Origin: a virus
Direction: 5' to 3' (one strand)
DNA length: 57,719 bases
Virus record (IMG/VR): IMGVR_UViG_3300012138_000001
In this document: one piece after another, positions 1 through 7,920 of the stretch
Position numbering within the stretch: position 1 is the stretch's first letter
Layout of the letters: the number at the start of each line of letters is the position of its first letter
Made by a program: the position numbers and the translations under genes
The notes under the pieces: model-generated
The model's database searches: none
What the model saw: only the letters and a program-made list of their open reading frames with translations
What the model was told of the DNA's origin: nothing

Positions 1-123
1 GATATTAAAATCATTGATCGACTCTGCATTGTCAACGAAAACCGGTGCAGTCACGCCATAGATGTCTTGCAAGGCAGCTATAATGTCCAGCCCGGCAATT
101 ACTCTATGGCCGGAATTCAAAGA
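1..123. repeat. Terminal overlap: bases 1-123 identical to 57597-57719 (circular contig closure)
   Basis: Base-for-base identity of both window ends read by eye; an ORF continues in frame across the junction. Confidence 0.95.
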
Positions 124-1854
124 TTCAAAAGGCACACCGTTGATCATGCACTCACAGGTTTCCTTGTACCCGCCATTCAGCTGATCTTCAAATAATCGGA
201 AATTAACCAGCTTGAATTTTTCATTAATCCGTGAGGACAACATGTCCATTTTGGCCCTTGTGAATTCTTCCAAGAGGAATAGCCCCTTTTCCTGGTTGGC
301 AATTTTCTGCGCCACAGATCGCTGTTCTTGCTGTAGCTCTGCAACGCGATCCTTAACCCGCTGATTATTATCCTTCCCGGCAAGAACGGCCTTGACGCTA
401 TCCAGTTCTGTCACCAAACCGGCTTTTTTCTGCCTGATCTGATCAAGATAGCCCGAACCGCTTTCCATGTCCTTGGCTCTCGCCCGTAGCTGCGTGACAT
501 CCTCCCACAGAACCAGATAATCGCCATTCGTGGTCAAATCCACTTCTTGCGGCAAGGCTCCAAGCTCTTTCATAGCTGCCGTTTTTAGAGCGTTCTGCTT
601 GATCTTGTCGGCCTTGCATTCCTCCAGTTGCCCCTGTAACTCTTTGATGTCTGATTCCAGCGTGAGGATGTCGGCAGCGACCTTTTTACCGGTATTTACG
701 GTATCATCAACGGATTTCTGTTTATTTTCGCGGAATTCCGCGACCTTTTCTTCGCGCTGATCGGCAGGGAGGGTCTGGCCGCACATGGGGCAGTTGCAAT
801 CATTGATATCCATTTCTATCGCAACGGTTTCTTTATACTTTTTGAGCAATGACTCCTTAAGTGTCTTGTATCCCTCAATGAGTTCGCTTTTGTGCTGTAT
901 ATCGTTCTCGATCTCGGTTTGGAACCTAAAGGCTCGCGTAAATACCGCCTCCGCGCCGTCTATTCGCTTTTGGACTTCTCGGCGTTGATCGATCAATGTT
1001 TCGTTTACCCGCCGCTGGAGTTCCCCTATTTCAGACTGCTTGCGGATAATGTCCCGCTGGAGGTGCTCCATGGCCTCGCCGACCTTAGACGCGTCAGCCT
1101 CCTGACTCTCCAACTCCTTGATCTGGCTTTCCAAATCTGTTTTTTTGGCTTCGCATGCCGCAAAATCAGCATCCACTAGGCCCTTGCTGGCTTCGTCGAT
1201 TCGTGCCGGCAGTTCTGCCTGTTTCTTATTCAATTCCTTTAACGCCTTTTTTGTCTTTGCGGTCAGATCGTCCACAGAGGCATCCTCCAACATCGGTGCC
1301 AACGCGGCAAACTTTTTGTCAGTTTCAACCACATCCAGATCGGTAATGTTGGAAACCAGTTTTAGCAGGATAGCCCGTTGTTCTTTCCATTTCAGGGTGG
1401 TGAACGCTTGTGGACTGGTAATCAACTTGAACAGTTCTTCGCCGATCAACTCGCTTATATACGCTTTATAGTCCTTTTCAGACTTCGGAATCTCATTGAT
1501 TTCATAGCCGTTGACATTGCCCTGAAGCTCTGCCACCTCACTGCTGCGCTTCTTTACCCAATTCTGTTCTTGGGTCTTGGTCAATATGATTTCTCGCCCA
1601 TCGACATCCAAGGAAGCCACGACCTTAATAACAACATTATTGATGACTTTGCCGTCCGTGTCGTTTGGACGGATACTAAAATCTGCCCTACCCAGACTGT
1701 CTTTGCCGAATAACAGCCACATGAAACCGTCCATAATGGTCGTTTTACCCGTGGCATTTTGACCAAAAATATATGTCCTATCCTTGAAATTCACGGTCAG
1801 TTCCCTGATGCCCTTAAAATTCTCAATGCGTATTTCTTTCAGCTTTATATTCAT
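1..1854 (-). CDS. SMC/SbcC(Rad50)-like AAA ATPase, N-terminal 618 codons; continues across the circular junction to the stop at 57528
   Basis: ATG 1854 preceded by AAGGAGGG; MNIKLKEIRIENFKGI..., Walker A GQNATGKTT, long coiled-coil middle; frame open to base 1, so absent from the ORF track. Confidence 0.85.
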   Translation of the reverse strand, partial: MNIKLKEIRIENFKGIRELTVNFKDRTYIFGQNATGKTTIMDGFMWLLFGKDSLGRADFSIRPNDTDGKVINNVVIKVVASLDVDGREIILTKTQEQNWVKKRSSEVAELQGNVNGYEINEIPKSEKDYKAYISELIGEELFKLITSPQAFTTLKWKEQRAILLKLVSNITDLDVVETDKKFAALAPMLEDASVDDLTAKTKKALKELNKKQAELPARIDEASKGLVDADFAACEAKKTDLESQIKELESQEADASKVGEAMEHLQRDIIRKQSEIGELQRRVNETLIDQRREVQKRIDGAEAVFTRAFRFQTEIENDIQHKSELIEGYKTLKESLLKKYKETVAIEMDINDCNCPMCGQTLPADQREEKVAEFRENKQKSVDDTVNTGKKVAADILTLESDIKELQGQLEECKADKIKQNALKTAAMKELGALPQEVDLTTNGDYLVLWEDVTQLRARAKDMESGSGYLDQIRQKKAGLVTELDSVKAVLAGKDNNQRVKDRVAELQQEQRSVAQKIANQEKGLFLLEEFTRAKMDMLSSRINEKFKLVNFRLFEDQLNGGYKETCECMINGVPFESLNSGHRVIAGLDIIAALQDIYGVTAPVFVDNAESINDFNI

Positions 1855-1859
1855 TTATT

Positions 1860-2057
1860 TTATCCCTCCTTATCGAAAACCACGCGCTTGGACGCGTTCA
1901 AAATTAATATAGACGCCAATTCCTTCATCGGCAGCGTTGATTCATTGTAGATGTCCACCAGCGCGTTGTATGCCTCTTCTGACACGCGGATCACCTGCTG
2001 TCCCTGTGCTGGCTCCTTTTTTCTGGCCGGAATTCTGATTACATCATCATCACGCAT
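1860..2057 (-). CDS. hypothetical protein (65 aa)
   Basis: ATG 2057 with AGGAGG 8 nt upstream; start overlaps stop of the upstream gene. Confidence 0.7.
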   Translation of the reverse strand: MRDDDVIRIPARKKEPAQGQQVIRVSEEAYNALVDIYNESTLPMKELASILILNASKRVVFDKEG

Positions 2058-2595
2058 CCTTGTTGCCTCCTACAAACAGATACCGGGTATCAAGTTTGGT
2101 TGCGATCTCCGTGTGCTCCATCTGCTCCAACTCCGAAACGTCGAAACCAATTTCTTTCAAATATGCGATAGCCCTTTTGGCGTTCGTCTTGTTTTTGACT
2201 TCTTCGAGCACCGCCGCATAGTTAGCGTTGACGCCCCTCGTCACCTCTCTGTGCCTCTTTACCAGTTTTGTCAGAACATCAGTTTCAAAATTAATACATT
2301 CGATAGTGCCCGCTTCCACTCTTCCAAGTCTATTCAGTTGTGCGCCCAGCGTCCGATAATCATTCGAATAGGACATTTCCGCAGACTTTTCAACCAACTC
2401 CGCAAGTGCAGCATGTTCCTGATGCACCTTGTTCAGCGCCCGCTCAATTCTCTGTACGCAAGCAGCAACGCCACTTTCTTCTGCAATGCGGTCTTCTTCT
2501 GCTTTTACCGCGCTTCTGTATTCCTCTTCAACGGTCTTAAGTGCCGCCGAATGCTTTTTCTCTACAAAAACTATCACATCTTTTTTTGCTACCAT
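2050..2595 (-). CDS. hypothetical coiled-coil protein (181 aa)
   Basis: Track ORF 2050..2622 trimmed to ATG 2595, which has AAGGAGG 9 nt upstream; no domain recognised. Confidence 0.75.
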   Translation of the reverse strand: MVAKKDVIVFVEKKHSAALKTVEEEYRSAVKAEEDRIAEESGVAACVQRIERALNKVHQEHAALAELVEKSAEMSYSNDYRTLGAQLNRLGRVEAGTIECINFETDVLTKLVKRHREVTRGVNANYAAVLEEVKNKTNAKRAIAYLKEIGFDVSELEQMEHTEIATKLDTRYLFVGGNKDA

Positions 2596-2643
2596 CTTGA
2601 CAATCCTCCTTAAATCCCCCATAATAGAGGGTGTATAATATAA

Positions 2644-2874
2644 TTATTTTTTCGATTCCCCGGCTGACTCCGCAGCTGGGGTTTTGCCGTTCCACCACTG
2701 CCCGTCCCAACGGTTCAGGTCAAATTGCTTTTCCGCTGGCAACTCCAGGTCGTTAAATACCTTAATCTGGTCATCCATGATGGCTACCGCCATATAACTC
2801 TGCTCGCCATGTTTGACCGCCCACTCATACAGCGATTCCGCTATGGCTTTTAATTCTTCAAATTTACCGCCCAT
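2644..2874 (-). CDS. hypothetical protein (76 aa)
   Basis: Track ORF 2644..2994 trimmed to internal ATG (MGGKFEELKAI...) to avoid a 130-nt overlap with 2864..3052. Confidence 0.6.
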   Translation of the reverse strand: MGGKFEELKAIAESLYEWAVKHGEQSYMAVAIMDDQIKVFNDLELPAEKQFDLNRWDGQWWNGKTPAAESAGESKK

Positions 2875-3052
2875 TACTTTTAGCCCTCTCCTTTTCGCGT
2901 TTCTCCAGGGCTTTCCGCAGCCGCTGTACGGCGATATAGGCCTCATATATTTCCACATCCATACCGCTTTCAATATTGCGTTGGAAGAAATCATTTGAAA
3001 TAGTTTCCATTAACTTGACTTCTGTCTTGAACACTTCTCTGCTGTGCAACAT
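2864..3052 (-). CDS. hypothetical protein (62 aa)
   Basis: Co-directional packed ORF in the early operon. Confidence 0.6.
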   Translation of the reverse strand: MLHSREVFKTEVKLMETISNDFFQRNIESGMDVEIYEAYIAVQRLRKALEKREKERAKSNGR

Positions 3053-3072
3053 ATGGCCCCCTCCTTTACTGT

Positions 3073-3258
3073 TTATCTTCCTACGCCTTTCGCTAAGTAT
3101 TCAATGATTGCCAGCAACTTGTCATTCTGGCGGCCCAATTCGTAGACTGTAGTGCTTAAGGAGCGGCTTTCATTCCTATATTCCTGAGCTTTTTCTTTCA
3201 ACTCGTGATTCTCTTTCTCTAATCGCGCAATCTTTTCTGTCACTTCTCCCCATTCCAT
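3073..3258 (-). CDS. hypothetical coiled-coil protein (61 aa)
   Basis: Track ORF 3073..3336 trimmed to MEWGEVTEKIARLEKEN... to remove overlap with 3275..3463. Confidence 0.6.
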   Translation of the reverse strand: MEWGEVTEKIARLEKENHELKEKAQEYRNESRSLSTTVYELGRQNDKLLAIIEYLAKGVGR

Positions 3259-3274
3259 ATAGATATCTCCTTTC

Positions 3275-3463
3275 TCACTGAACAAGCATCTTCCCGCATG
3301 ACTTGCAGTAAGCATGTATATGATTATTCGTGCCACCTCTGGAAAAACGCATTGTACCGCCGCAGGTGCAAACTATCTCTTCTTTGCCCTCTTTCTCTGA
3401 TTTTTCAATTAATTCAAGAAATTGATTTAATTCCCTTATCTTTAATTGGATTAATTCGTCCAC
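3275..3463 (-). CDS. small zinc-ribbon protein (62 aa)
   Basis: CTCGG...CKSCG Cys pairs; packed co-directional ORF. Confidence 0.65.
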   Translation of the reverse strand: MDELIQLKIRELNQFLELIEKSEKEGKEEIVCTCGGTMRFSRGGTNNHIHAYCKSCGKMLVQ

Positions 3464-3491
3464 GCTTTTACCTCTCTTTGCAAAAACTAAT

Positions 3492-3812
3492 TTATGCTCC
3501 TACTCCATAAGGATCATCTGGCTCCCAATCAGCCCGTAGTTGACACTTCTCACATTTAGGCTTATCCCTGCCAATACACAAGGGATAAGGATTATTCTGT
3601 TCTGGTGTATAACACTCTGGGTATTCGTATTTTTCACCCTCCTGCGCCTGTTTTACACCCGTTGCCATGTCCCGAATATATTCATGCGGCACATCACAGT
3701 TAACCGCATTCATAAGCAATTCAGATAATGTTGCCTCTTTCATCATTCTATAAAAATCCGTAAATGTAACTTCCACTCTGTCTTCTTTTGATAATGCATC
3801 TATGAAACCCAT
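3492..3812 (-). CDS. hypothetical Cys-containing protein (106 aa)
   Basis: Co-directional ORF; C-terminal CIGRDKPKCEKC cluster. Confidence 0.7.
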   Translation of the reverse strand: MGFIDALSKEDRVEVTFTDFYRMMKEATLSELLMNAVNCDVPHEYIRDMATGVKQAQEGEKYEYPECYTPEQNNPYPLCIGRDKPKCEKCQLRADWEPDDPYGVGA

Positions 3813-3830
3813 CGTTTTTCCTCCTTGACT

Positions 3831-4385
3831 TTAATTTATCTTAACAGTAACGGGCGACATTACCTCCAGCCTATCCCCTAAGTCATCCGCAGATATATCC
3901 CCATCCACAGCCACGTTATAATCCTTGATCGTGGCGGCCGAAAATGCCTTGCAGAACTGGATCAAGTGTGGCGGTAACACTCCAACGACCACCTTGCCCC
4001 TAACATCATCCGCGAATACAGAGGTCATGATAACAGGTGCGTCCGGATGCATGGCAGACAAAATATCTATAGTGGCCTTGTGCTGCGTTACTATCAATAA
4101 TTCGTCCGGGCTATATGTGTCAAGGCCCGGGGCCGGAAATACAGATACGTGATTAACATCCAAGTCAGCTTCGATAATCTCACTTGCGCTCCTGAAGATT
4201 GTGCCGCGCGGTATGATAGGAGCAAAATATTCGTCAATGCCGTAAATATGTAGCATGACCGCCGCTGGTAACGTGGATATAACAACTTGATTTCCAGCCT
4301 TATTTCCTATAATTTCCAGTCCCTTGAATGCGGGAAATCCAAATACTGTTACGTTACAAGTTCTAATAATTTCGTTAAGTTTCAT
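3831..4385 (-). CDS. hypothetical protein (184 aa); C-terminal half tentatively Csx16/VVA1548-like
   Basis: LLIVTQHKATIDIL ... VRGKVVVGVLPPHLIQFCKAF ... ISADDLGDRLE resembles the remembered Csx16 pattern FVTRHxGAxxW...GDxViGtLPvxLAaxvc...ELsaeeM; function call is low confidence. Confidence 0.7.
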   Translation of the reverse strand: MKLNEIIRTCNVTVFGFPAFKGLEIIGNKAGNQVVISTLPAAVMLHIYGIDEYFAPIIPRGTIFRSASEIIEADLDVNHVSVFPAPGLDTYSPDELLIVTQHKATIDILSAMHPDAPVIMTSVFADDVRGKVVVGVLPPHLIQFCKAFSAATIKDYNVAVDGDISADDLGDRLEVMSPVTVKIN

Positions 4386-4400
4386 TGATCTCTCTCCTTT

Positions 4401-4802
4401 TTATTTATCGTTTACTTCCGTCACGCCGGGAAGCTTCCACAATTCAATCAGCTCATGCGCTACAACCGCAATCCCTGGTAAATTGTCAAAATGCACGGCA
4501 TCCTCGATTATGTGTAGCAATATTCCTTCTAATTTTTTTTGAGCACTTACCTCGTCATCTTCTGGCACCCGTCTCTTAGCCTTTTCATCTTCCAGTGTCT
4601 TGCGTTCATCTCTTCCAAGAAGATAGTCAGTGGATACTTGAAAGAAATCTGTTAGCTTCAATAATGTGTCAGCGTCCGGCTTCGCCTTTCCGGTTTCCCA
4701 CATTCTTATTGCGCTTACAGACTTGCCCAACCTGGCCGCCAAATCAGTAGCCGAAACATTTGTCGTTGTTCTTAGTTCTCGTATTCTATCCTTAAACTCC
4801 AT
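4401..4802 (-). CDS. XRE-family helix-turn-helix regulator (133 aa), Cro/early-regulator candidate
   Basis: MEFKDRIRELRTTTNVSATDLAARLGKSVSAIRMWETGKAKPD; GAGGTG 7 nt before ATG 4802 (track ORF extends to 4937). Confidence 0.85.
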   Translation of the reverse strand: MEFKDRIRELRTTTNVSATDLAARLGKSVSAIRMWETGKAKPDADTLLKLTDFFQVSTDYLLGRDERKTLEDEKAKRRVPEDDEVSAQKKLEGILLHIIEDAVHFDNLPGIAVVAHELIELWKLPGVTEVNDK

Positions 4803-4989
4803 CGCGGCCACCTCGTTCTTTCTTATAGCGATACATATTTTCCGGCTCCCTCTCCGGCCGCACACGGGCGGGATTAGTCCGCACAATGAATGGATTAAGT
4901 GCGCCGTCATTGATGATGTGGCAGTACTCCGGATCACGGCAGTACTCCGGATCGTGTAACTGTAGTAGTGTGTTTATTGCAAAGTGCAT
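4792..4989 (-). CDS. hypothetical protein (65 aa) with tandem DPEYC(R/H) repeat
   Basis: AGAGGGAGAT before ATG 4989; an 18-bp tandem DNA repeat lies inside it. Confidence 0.55.
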   Translation of the reverse strand: MHFAINTLLQLHDPEYCRDPEYCHIINDGALNPFIVRTNPARVRPEREPENMYRYKKERGGRDGV

Positions 4990-5032
4990 ATCTCCCTCTT
5001 TCTCCAACTTTTGACAATTGGAACGTTTTGTT

Positions 5033-5758
5033 TTAAGCAATAGACATCTGATTGTTACAGTTATCAACCTGCTCTTTCAGTACTACCGGAAGCTTATATT
5101 CACCGATAATACCAATCGCCATATCGCACTGATTACGCTTGATTGCCTTATACGTGGCGATCCCGAATTCCCTTTTGATCTGGCTGTAAATGTCGGAATA
5201 TACCTTCCCCCTCAAGGATTTGTCCTGATATGCTGGAGTTTGTTTTCCACCCAAGCACTGGACGCCCTTCTTTTTGACTGCGATGGTGATCTTGTCACCT
5301 TCGATTCCCAAAATGGGCATGTCCTGTTTAAAGGTTTGCAAATCCTGATTGACGGCATCCAATTTTGTATCCACTTCTTTTATCGCTTGAAACTGTAATT
5401 CTAAAAATTCCAATGCAGTCTTTGGTTTTTGGTAAGAACCAGTTTTTCGTATTGACGGAAGCACTTCATTCGTTACCCAGCGCTTGAAACGTTTAGCGGA
5501 ATCGAGTTTGCTATTGAGTACAAGAGCATATAGCCCCGATTCGTTAATGACCGTAATTCCGCGATTGTTAAATTCGGAAGTACCGTTTTGGTAGTTCTGG
5601 CGATCCTCAATGTCTACGTGCCTGTTAATGTCTCTACTTCCGTTAGCGTATCCCAAGGCATCGGCTATATCTTTTCCGACCAACCACGGTTCACCGTCAA
5701 TTTCAACTGTCCTGACTTTTCCAAATTCTTCATTTTCAAATAATTTAATTTCGTTCAT
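5033..5758 (-). CDS. Bro-N domain / ORF6C-domain antirepressor-like protein (241 aa from internal ATG)
   Basis: MNEIKLFENEEFGKVRTVEIDGEPWLVGKDIADALGY...INESGLYALVLNSKLDSAKRFKRWVTNEVLPSIR; GGAAAGGGGAACAG before ATG 5758; frame stays open upstream (see 5759..6100). Confidence 0.85.
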   Translation of the reverse strand: MNEIKLFENEEFGKVRTVEIDGEPWLVGKDIADALGYANGSRDINRHVDIEDRQNYQNGTSEFNNRGITVINESGLYALVLNSKLDSAKRFKRWVTNEVLPSIRKTGSYQKPKTALEFLELQFQAIKEVDTKLDAVNQDLQTFKQDMPILGIEGDKITIAVKKKGVQCLGGKQTPAYQDKSLRGKVYSDIYSQIKREFGIATYKAIKRNQCDMAIGIIGEYKLPVVLKEQVDNCNNQMSIA

Positions 5759-6100
5759 CTGTTCCCCTTTCCTTTCCAATCCTAGCGATACCATCAGTGC
5801 TTCATTAACTAATTCCTGCTCCGCATCCGATATATGCCCCATATAGTTACCTAACCTTTCCACTGAGATAGAGTGTATCTGCTCGCACAATGCGGTAGAC
5901 TTGTGTCTTGCCATCACATCCACATGAGTGGGCAATCTTTTCTTTTTCGGGCTGCTGGTCAGATACACAACTTCGATAACGGGAGAATACAGGTTGCATT
6001 TTTCGTTGCTGACGATGATGGCCGGTCGATCGGCACTTTGTTCGCTGCCGCAGGATAGTTTTTCGCTGTCGTGAATATAGTAGATATCTCCGCGCTTGAT
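5759..6100 (-). CDS. PemK/MazF-family toxin domain, no canonical start and no stop before the Bro-N gene
   Basis: IKRGDIYYI..GSEQSADRPAIIVSN..LPTHVDV..ALCEQIHSISVERL..EALMVSLGLE; AAGGAGG (6110-6116) 9 nt before ATC 6100; in-frame TGA at 6134-6136. Confidence 0.75.
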
Positions 6101-6125
6101 CTTTTTAATCCTCCTTATTCCACTT

Positions 6126-6401
6126 TTAACAATTCATAATCTCATTCAGCGTCACCCGCCTACCGAGAACAATACTGGCGGCCTGCATTGGATTCATGTT
6201 CGTTTTCCGAGCCAACCGCTGTAATTCCACCAGCCGGTAGTTGTTCGGGCTGTCCTGCCGGTCATAATAAGTTTGCTGGCAGAATCCGCAGATTGTCATG
6301 ACTTGCTGTCGTGATAAATGGCTTCGGGAAATATTGGCGTTGATTTCCCCGGCGGCTATGCTTAGCGCCTGTTTTTCTTGATTTGGTTTAATTGCTGGCA
6401 T
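6126..6401 (-). CDS. small putative DNA-binding protein (91 aa), antitoxin candidate by position
   Basis: Stops about 20 nt upstream of the MazF-like frame; HTH-like NYRLVELQRLARKTNMNPMQAASIV. Confidence 0.65.
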   Translation of the reverse strand: MPAIKPNQEKQALSIAAGEINANISRSHLSRQQVMTICGFCQQTYYDRQDSPNNYRLVELQRLARKTNMNPMQAASIVLGRRVTLNEIMNC

Positions 6402-6456
6402 AATGTCACCTCCTTTTTGACAATTGTTGCATTATATTAATTACTGGTTACACTTG

Positions 6457-6485
6457 TTGCTATTTCCTCCAAATTCTCCTATAAT
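6457..6485 (+). promoter_or_regulatory. sigma-A-type promoter TTGCTA-17-TATAAT
   Basis: Hexamers at 6457-6462 and 6480-6485, 50 nt upstream of ATG 6536. Confidence 0.5.
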
Positions 6486-6535
6486 CAAAGTACAGGCACT
6501 GGCATGCCGAGTACAAAAGAAGGGAGAAAATTACG

Positions 6536-6739
6536 ATGAAATCATTTAACGATTTCCGTCAGTCAATCACCCAAGAACATCAGAATGAATGGTCGAGGGA
6601 ATTAAATGCACGGATGCTTCAAATCCAGCTACCCCTCACGGACGAAACCGTTGAGGAATTCTTGTCATTTGTATTGAATTCCAATATTGAAATGACGCTT
6701 AAGATTCTTCGGCAGTATCATGAGTGGCTTTCGGATTAA
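6536..6739 (+). CDS. hypothetical protein (67 aa), plus-strand (same orientation as repressor and integrase)
   Basis: GGGAG RBS 9 nt before ATG; own promoter. Confidence 0.65.
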   Translation: MKSFNDFRQSITQEHQNEWSRELNARMLQIQLPLTDETVEEFLSFVLNSNIEMTLKILRQYHEWLSD

Positions 6740-6854
6740 GTGAAAGCTTAAACTCCGGCGTAAATGTCTCGTAAACCGGAGCCGCCTGCCGCCCTTGTAA
6801 TTCAATTATGAGGGTGGCTATTTCTTTAGGCGTTGCTTTGATTGTTACTTTCAT
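6699..6854 (-). CDS. hypothetical small protein (51 aa)
   Basis: GGAGAAAAACC before ATG 6854 (MKVTIKATPKEIATLIIELQ...); below the track length cutoff; 41-nt convergent overlap with 6536..6739. Confidence 0.45.
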   Translation of the reverse strand: MKVTIKATPKEIATLIIELQGRQAAPVYETFTPEFKLSLNPKATHDTAEES

Positions 6855-6873
6855 GGTTTTTCTCCTTTTCTTA

Positions 6874-7032
6874 TTATCCTACTTTTTCATCACTTGCGAT
6901 GGTATGCAGATTGAATATAGTAGATATCGTTGTAAATAATATCTGCTTCTCTTTGGGGGACAATTCATCCGTCCCGTTTAAGATTTCCTCAATCTGATCA
7001 AGGCGTTCCTTCAACTTTTTGGATTTTTTCAC
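6874..7032 (-). CDS. hypothetical small protein (52 aa)
   Basis: GAGGTGAGAAA before GTG 7032 (KKSKKLKERLDQIEEILNG...); below the track cutoff. Confidence 0.55.
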   Translation of the reverse strand: MKKSKKLKERLDQIEEILNGTDELSPKEKQILFTTISTIFNLHTIASDEKVG

Positions 7033-7058
7033 TTTCTCACCTCACTTTCCGTTTATTT

Positions 7059-7808
7059 TCAGGCAATAAATTTGTTAACAAAATATTGCTGACCGTATCC
7101 TGTCACCTTAGTTGTCTTACTAATCGTTGTATGACCGTCAGAGTGAGTGATTGCAGTTTCCTTAACTTCGAATAGCTTCATTTCCATACTGCGTTGCGTA
7201 GGGGCATTGTAGTCAGTGCCCTTCCGGCGGATTAAATAACCATTATTTCTTAAATATTCAAATAACCGCTTCTCGCCGGTATCCACACCATTTTGTTTTA
7301 GAATTTTTGCCAGTTCGCCAATCAAGATTGATGTCTTGCTCGTGGCTACCGCATCGGCAAATAGTGCTTTGGGCTTCATTTCGCCAATTAGTTTGTCTTT
7401 GCCGGCAATAATGTTTTGAGCGACAACAAGCGCATTTGCTACAATCTGTTCTGGTGTCAAGTTTTCCTGATTTGCAATATACCCACCATTATTTCTAATT
7501 GATGGCAGTACTTCGCTCGTCACCCAATGCTTGAATCGTTTCGCCGACTCTAGTTTGCTGCTAAGAATAAGGGCATACATTCCGGACTCGTTTATAATTA
7601 CCGCTTTGCTTTTGTAATTCGAACCCGTACCCTGTAATAGGGTGGTGGTTTTATCATCATCATCTACGTGCTGACTTATTGCGTTTTCTGTTTTCGCATA
7701 TCCCAATGCTTTTGCGATGTCCTTTCCCACAAAATATGTTTCGTTATTCAGTTGTACTGTTCGTATTTGCCCGAACTCTTCGCTGTTAAAAATCTGTAAT
7801 TCTTTCAT
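7059..7808 (-). CDS. antirepressor: Bro-N domain + KilAC-like C-terminal domain (249 aa)
   Basis: MKELQIFNSEEFGQIRTVQLNNETYFVGKDIAKALGY...AKRFKHWVTSEVLPSIR; first gene of the leftward operon, divergent from the repressor. Confidence 0.9.
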   Translation of the reverse strand: MKELQIFNSEEFGQIRTVQLNNETYFVGKDIAKALGYAKTENAISQHVDDDDKTTTLLQGTGSNYKSKAVIINESGMYALILSSKLESAKRFKHWVTSEVLPSIRNNGGYIANQENLTPEQIVANALVVAQNIIAGKDKLIGEMKPKALFADAVATSKTSILIGELAKILKQNGVDTGEKRLFEYLRNNGYLIRRKGTDYNAPTQRSMEMKLFEVKETAITHSDGHTTISKTTKVTGYGQQYFVNKFIA

Positions 7809-7842
7809 TTATTACCTCGCTTTCTACTTGCTTTGTAAGTAT

Positions 7843-7871
7843 ATATTACCACTGCGTGAGTGAGATGTCAA
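7843..7871 (-). promoter_or_regulatory. leftward early promoter TTGACA-17-TAATAT
   Basis: Minus-strand TTGACA at 7866-7871 and TAATAT at 7843-7848. Confidence 0.6.
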
Positions 7872-7891
7872 CACTTTTTTTTATTTTTTAC

Positions 7892-7920
7892 TTGCTTAGT
7901 GAGCGTAAGTATGATATATT
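7892..7920 (+). promoter_or_regulatory. rightward repressor promoter TTGCTT-17-TATATT (TG-extended)
   Basis: Hexamers at 7892-7897 and 7915-7920; 20 bp from the divergent promoter. Confidence 0.6.

Noticed and set aside
530-1950. Series of plus-strand ORFs from the track (for example 530..760, 1118..1471, 1378..1713)
   Set aside because: All are antisense to the long Walker-A-containing ATPase frame, give low-complexity Ser/Leu/Phe-rich translations, and lack RBSs. They are shadow ORFs.
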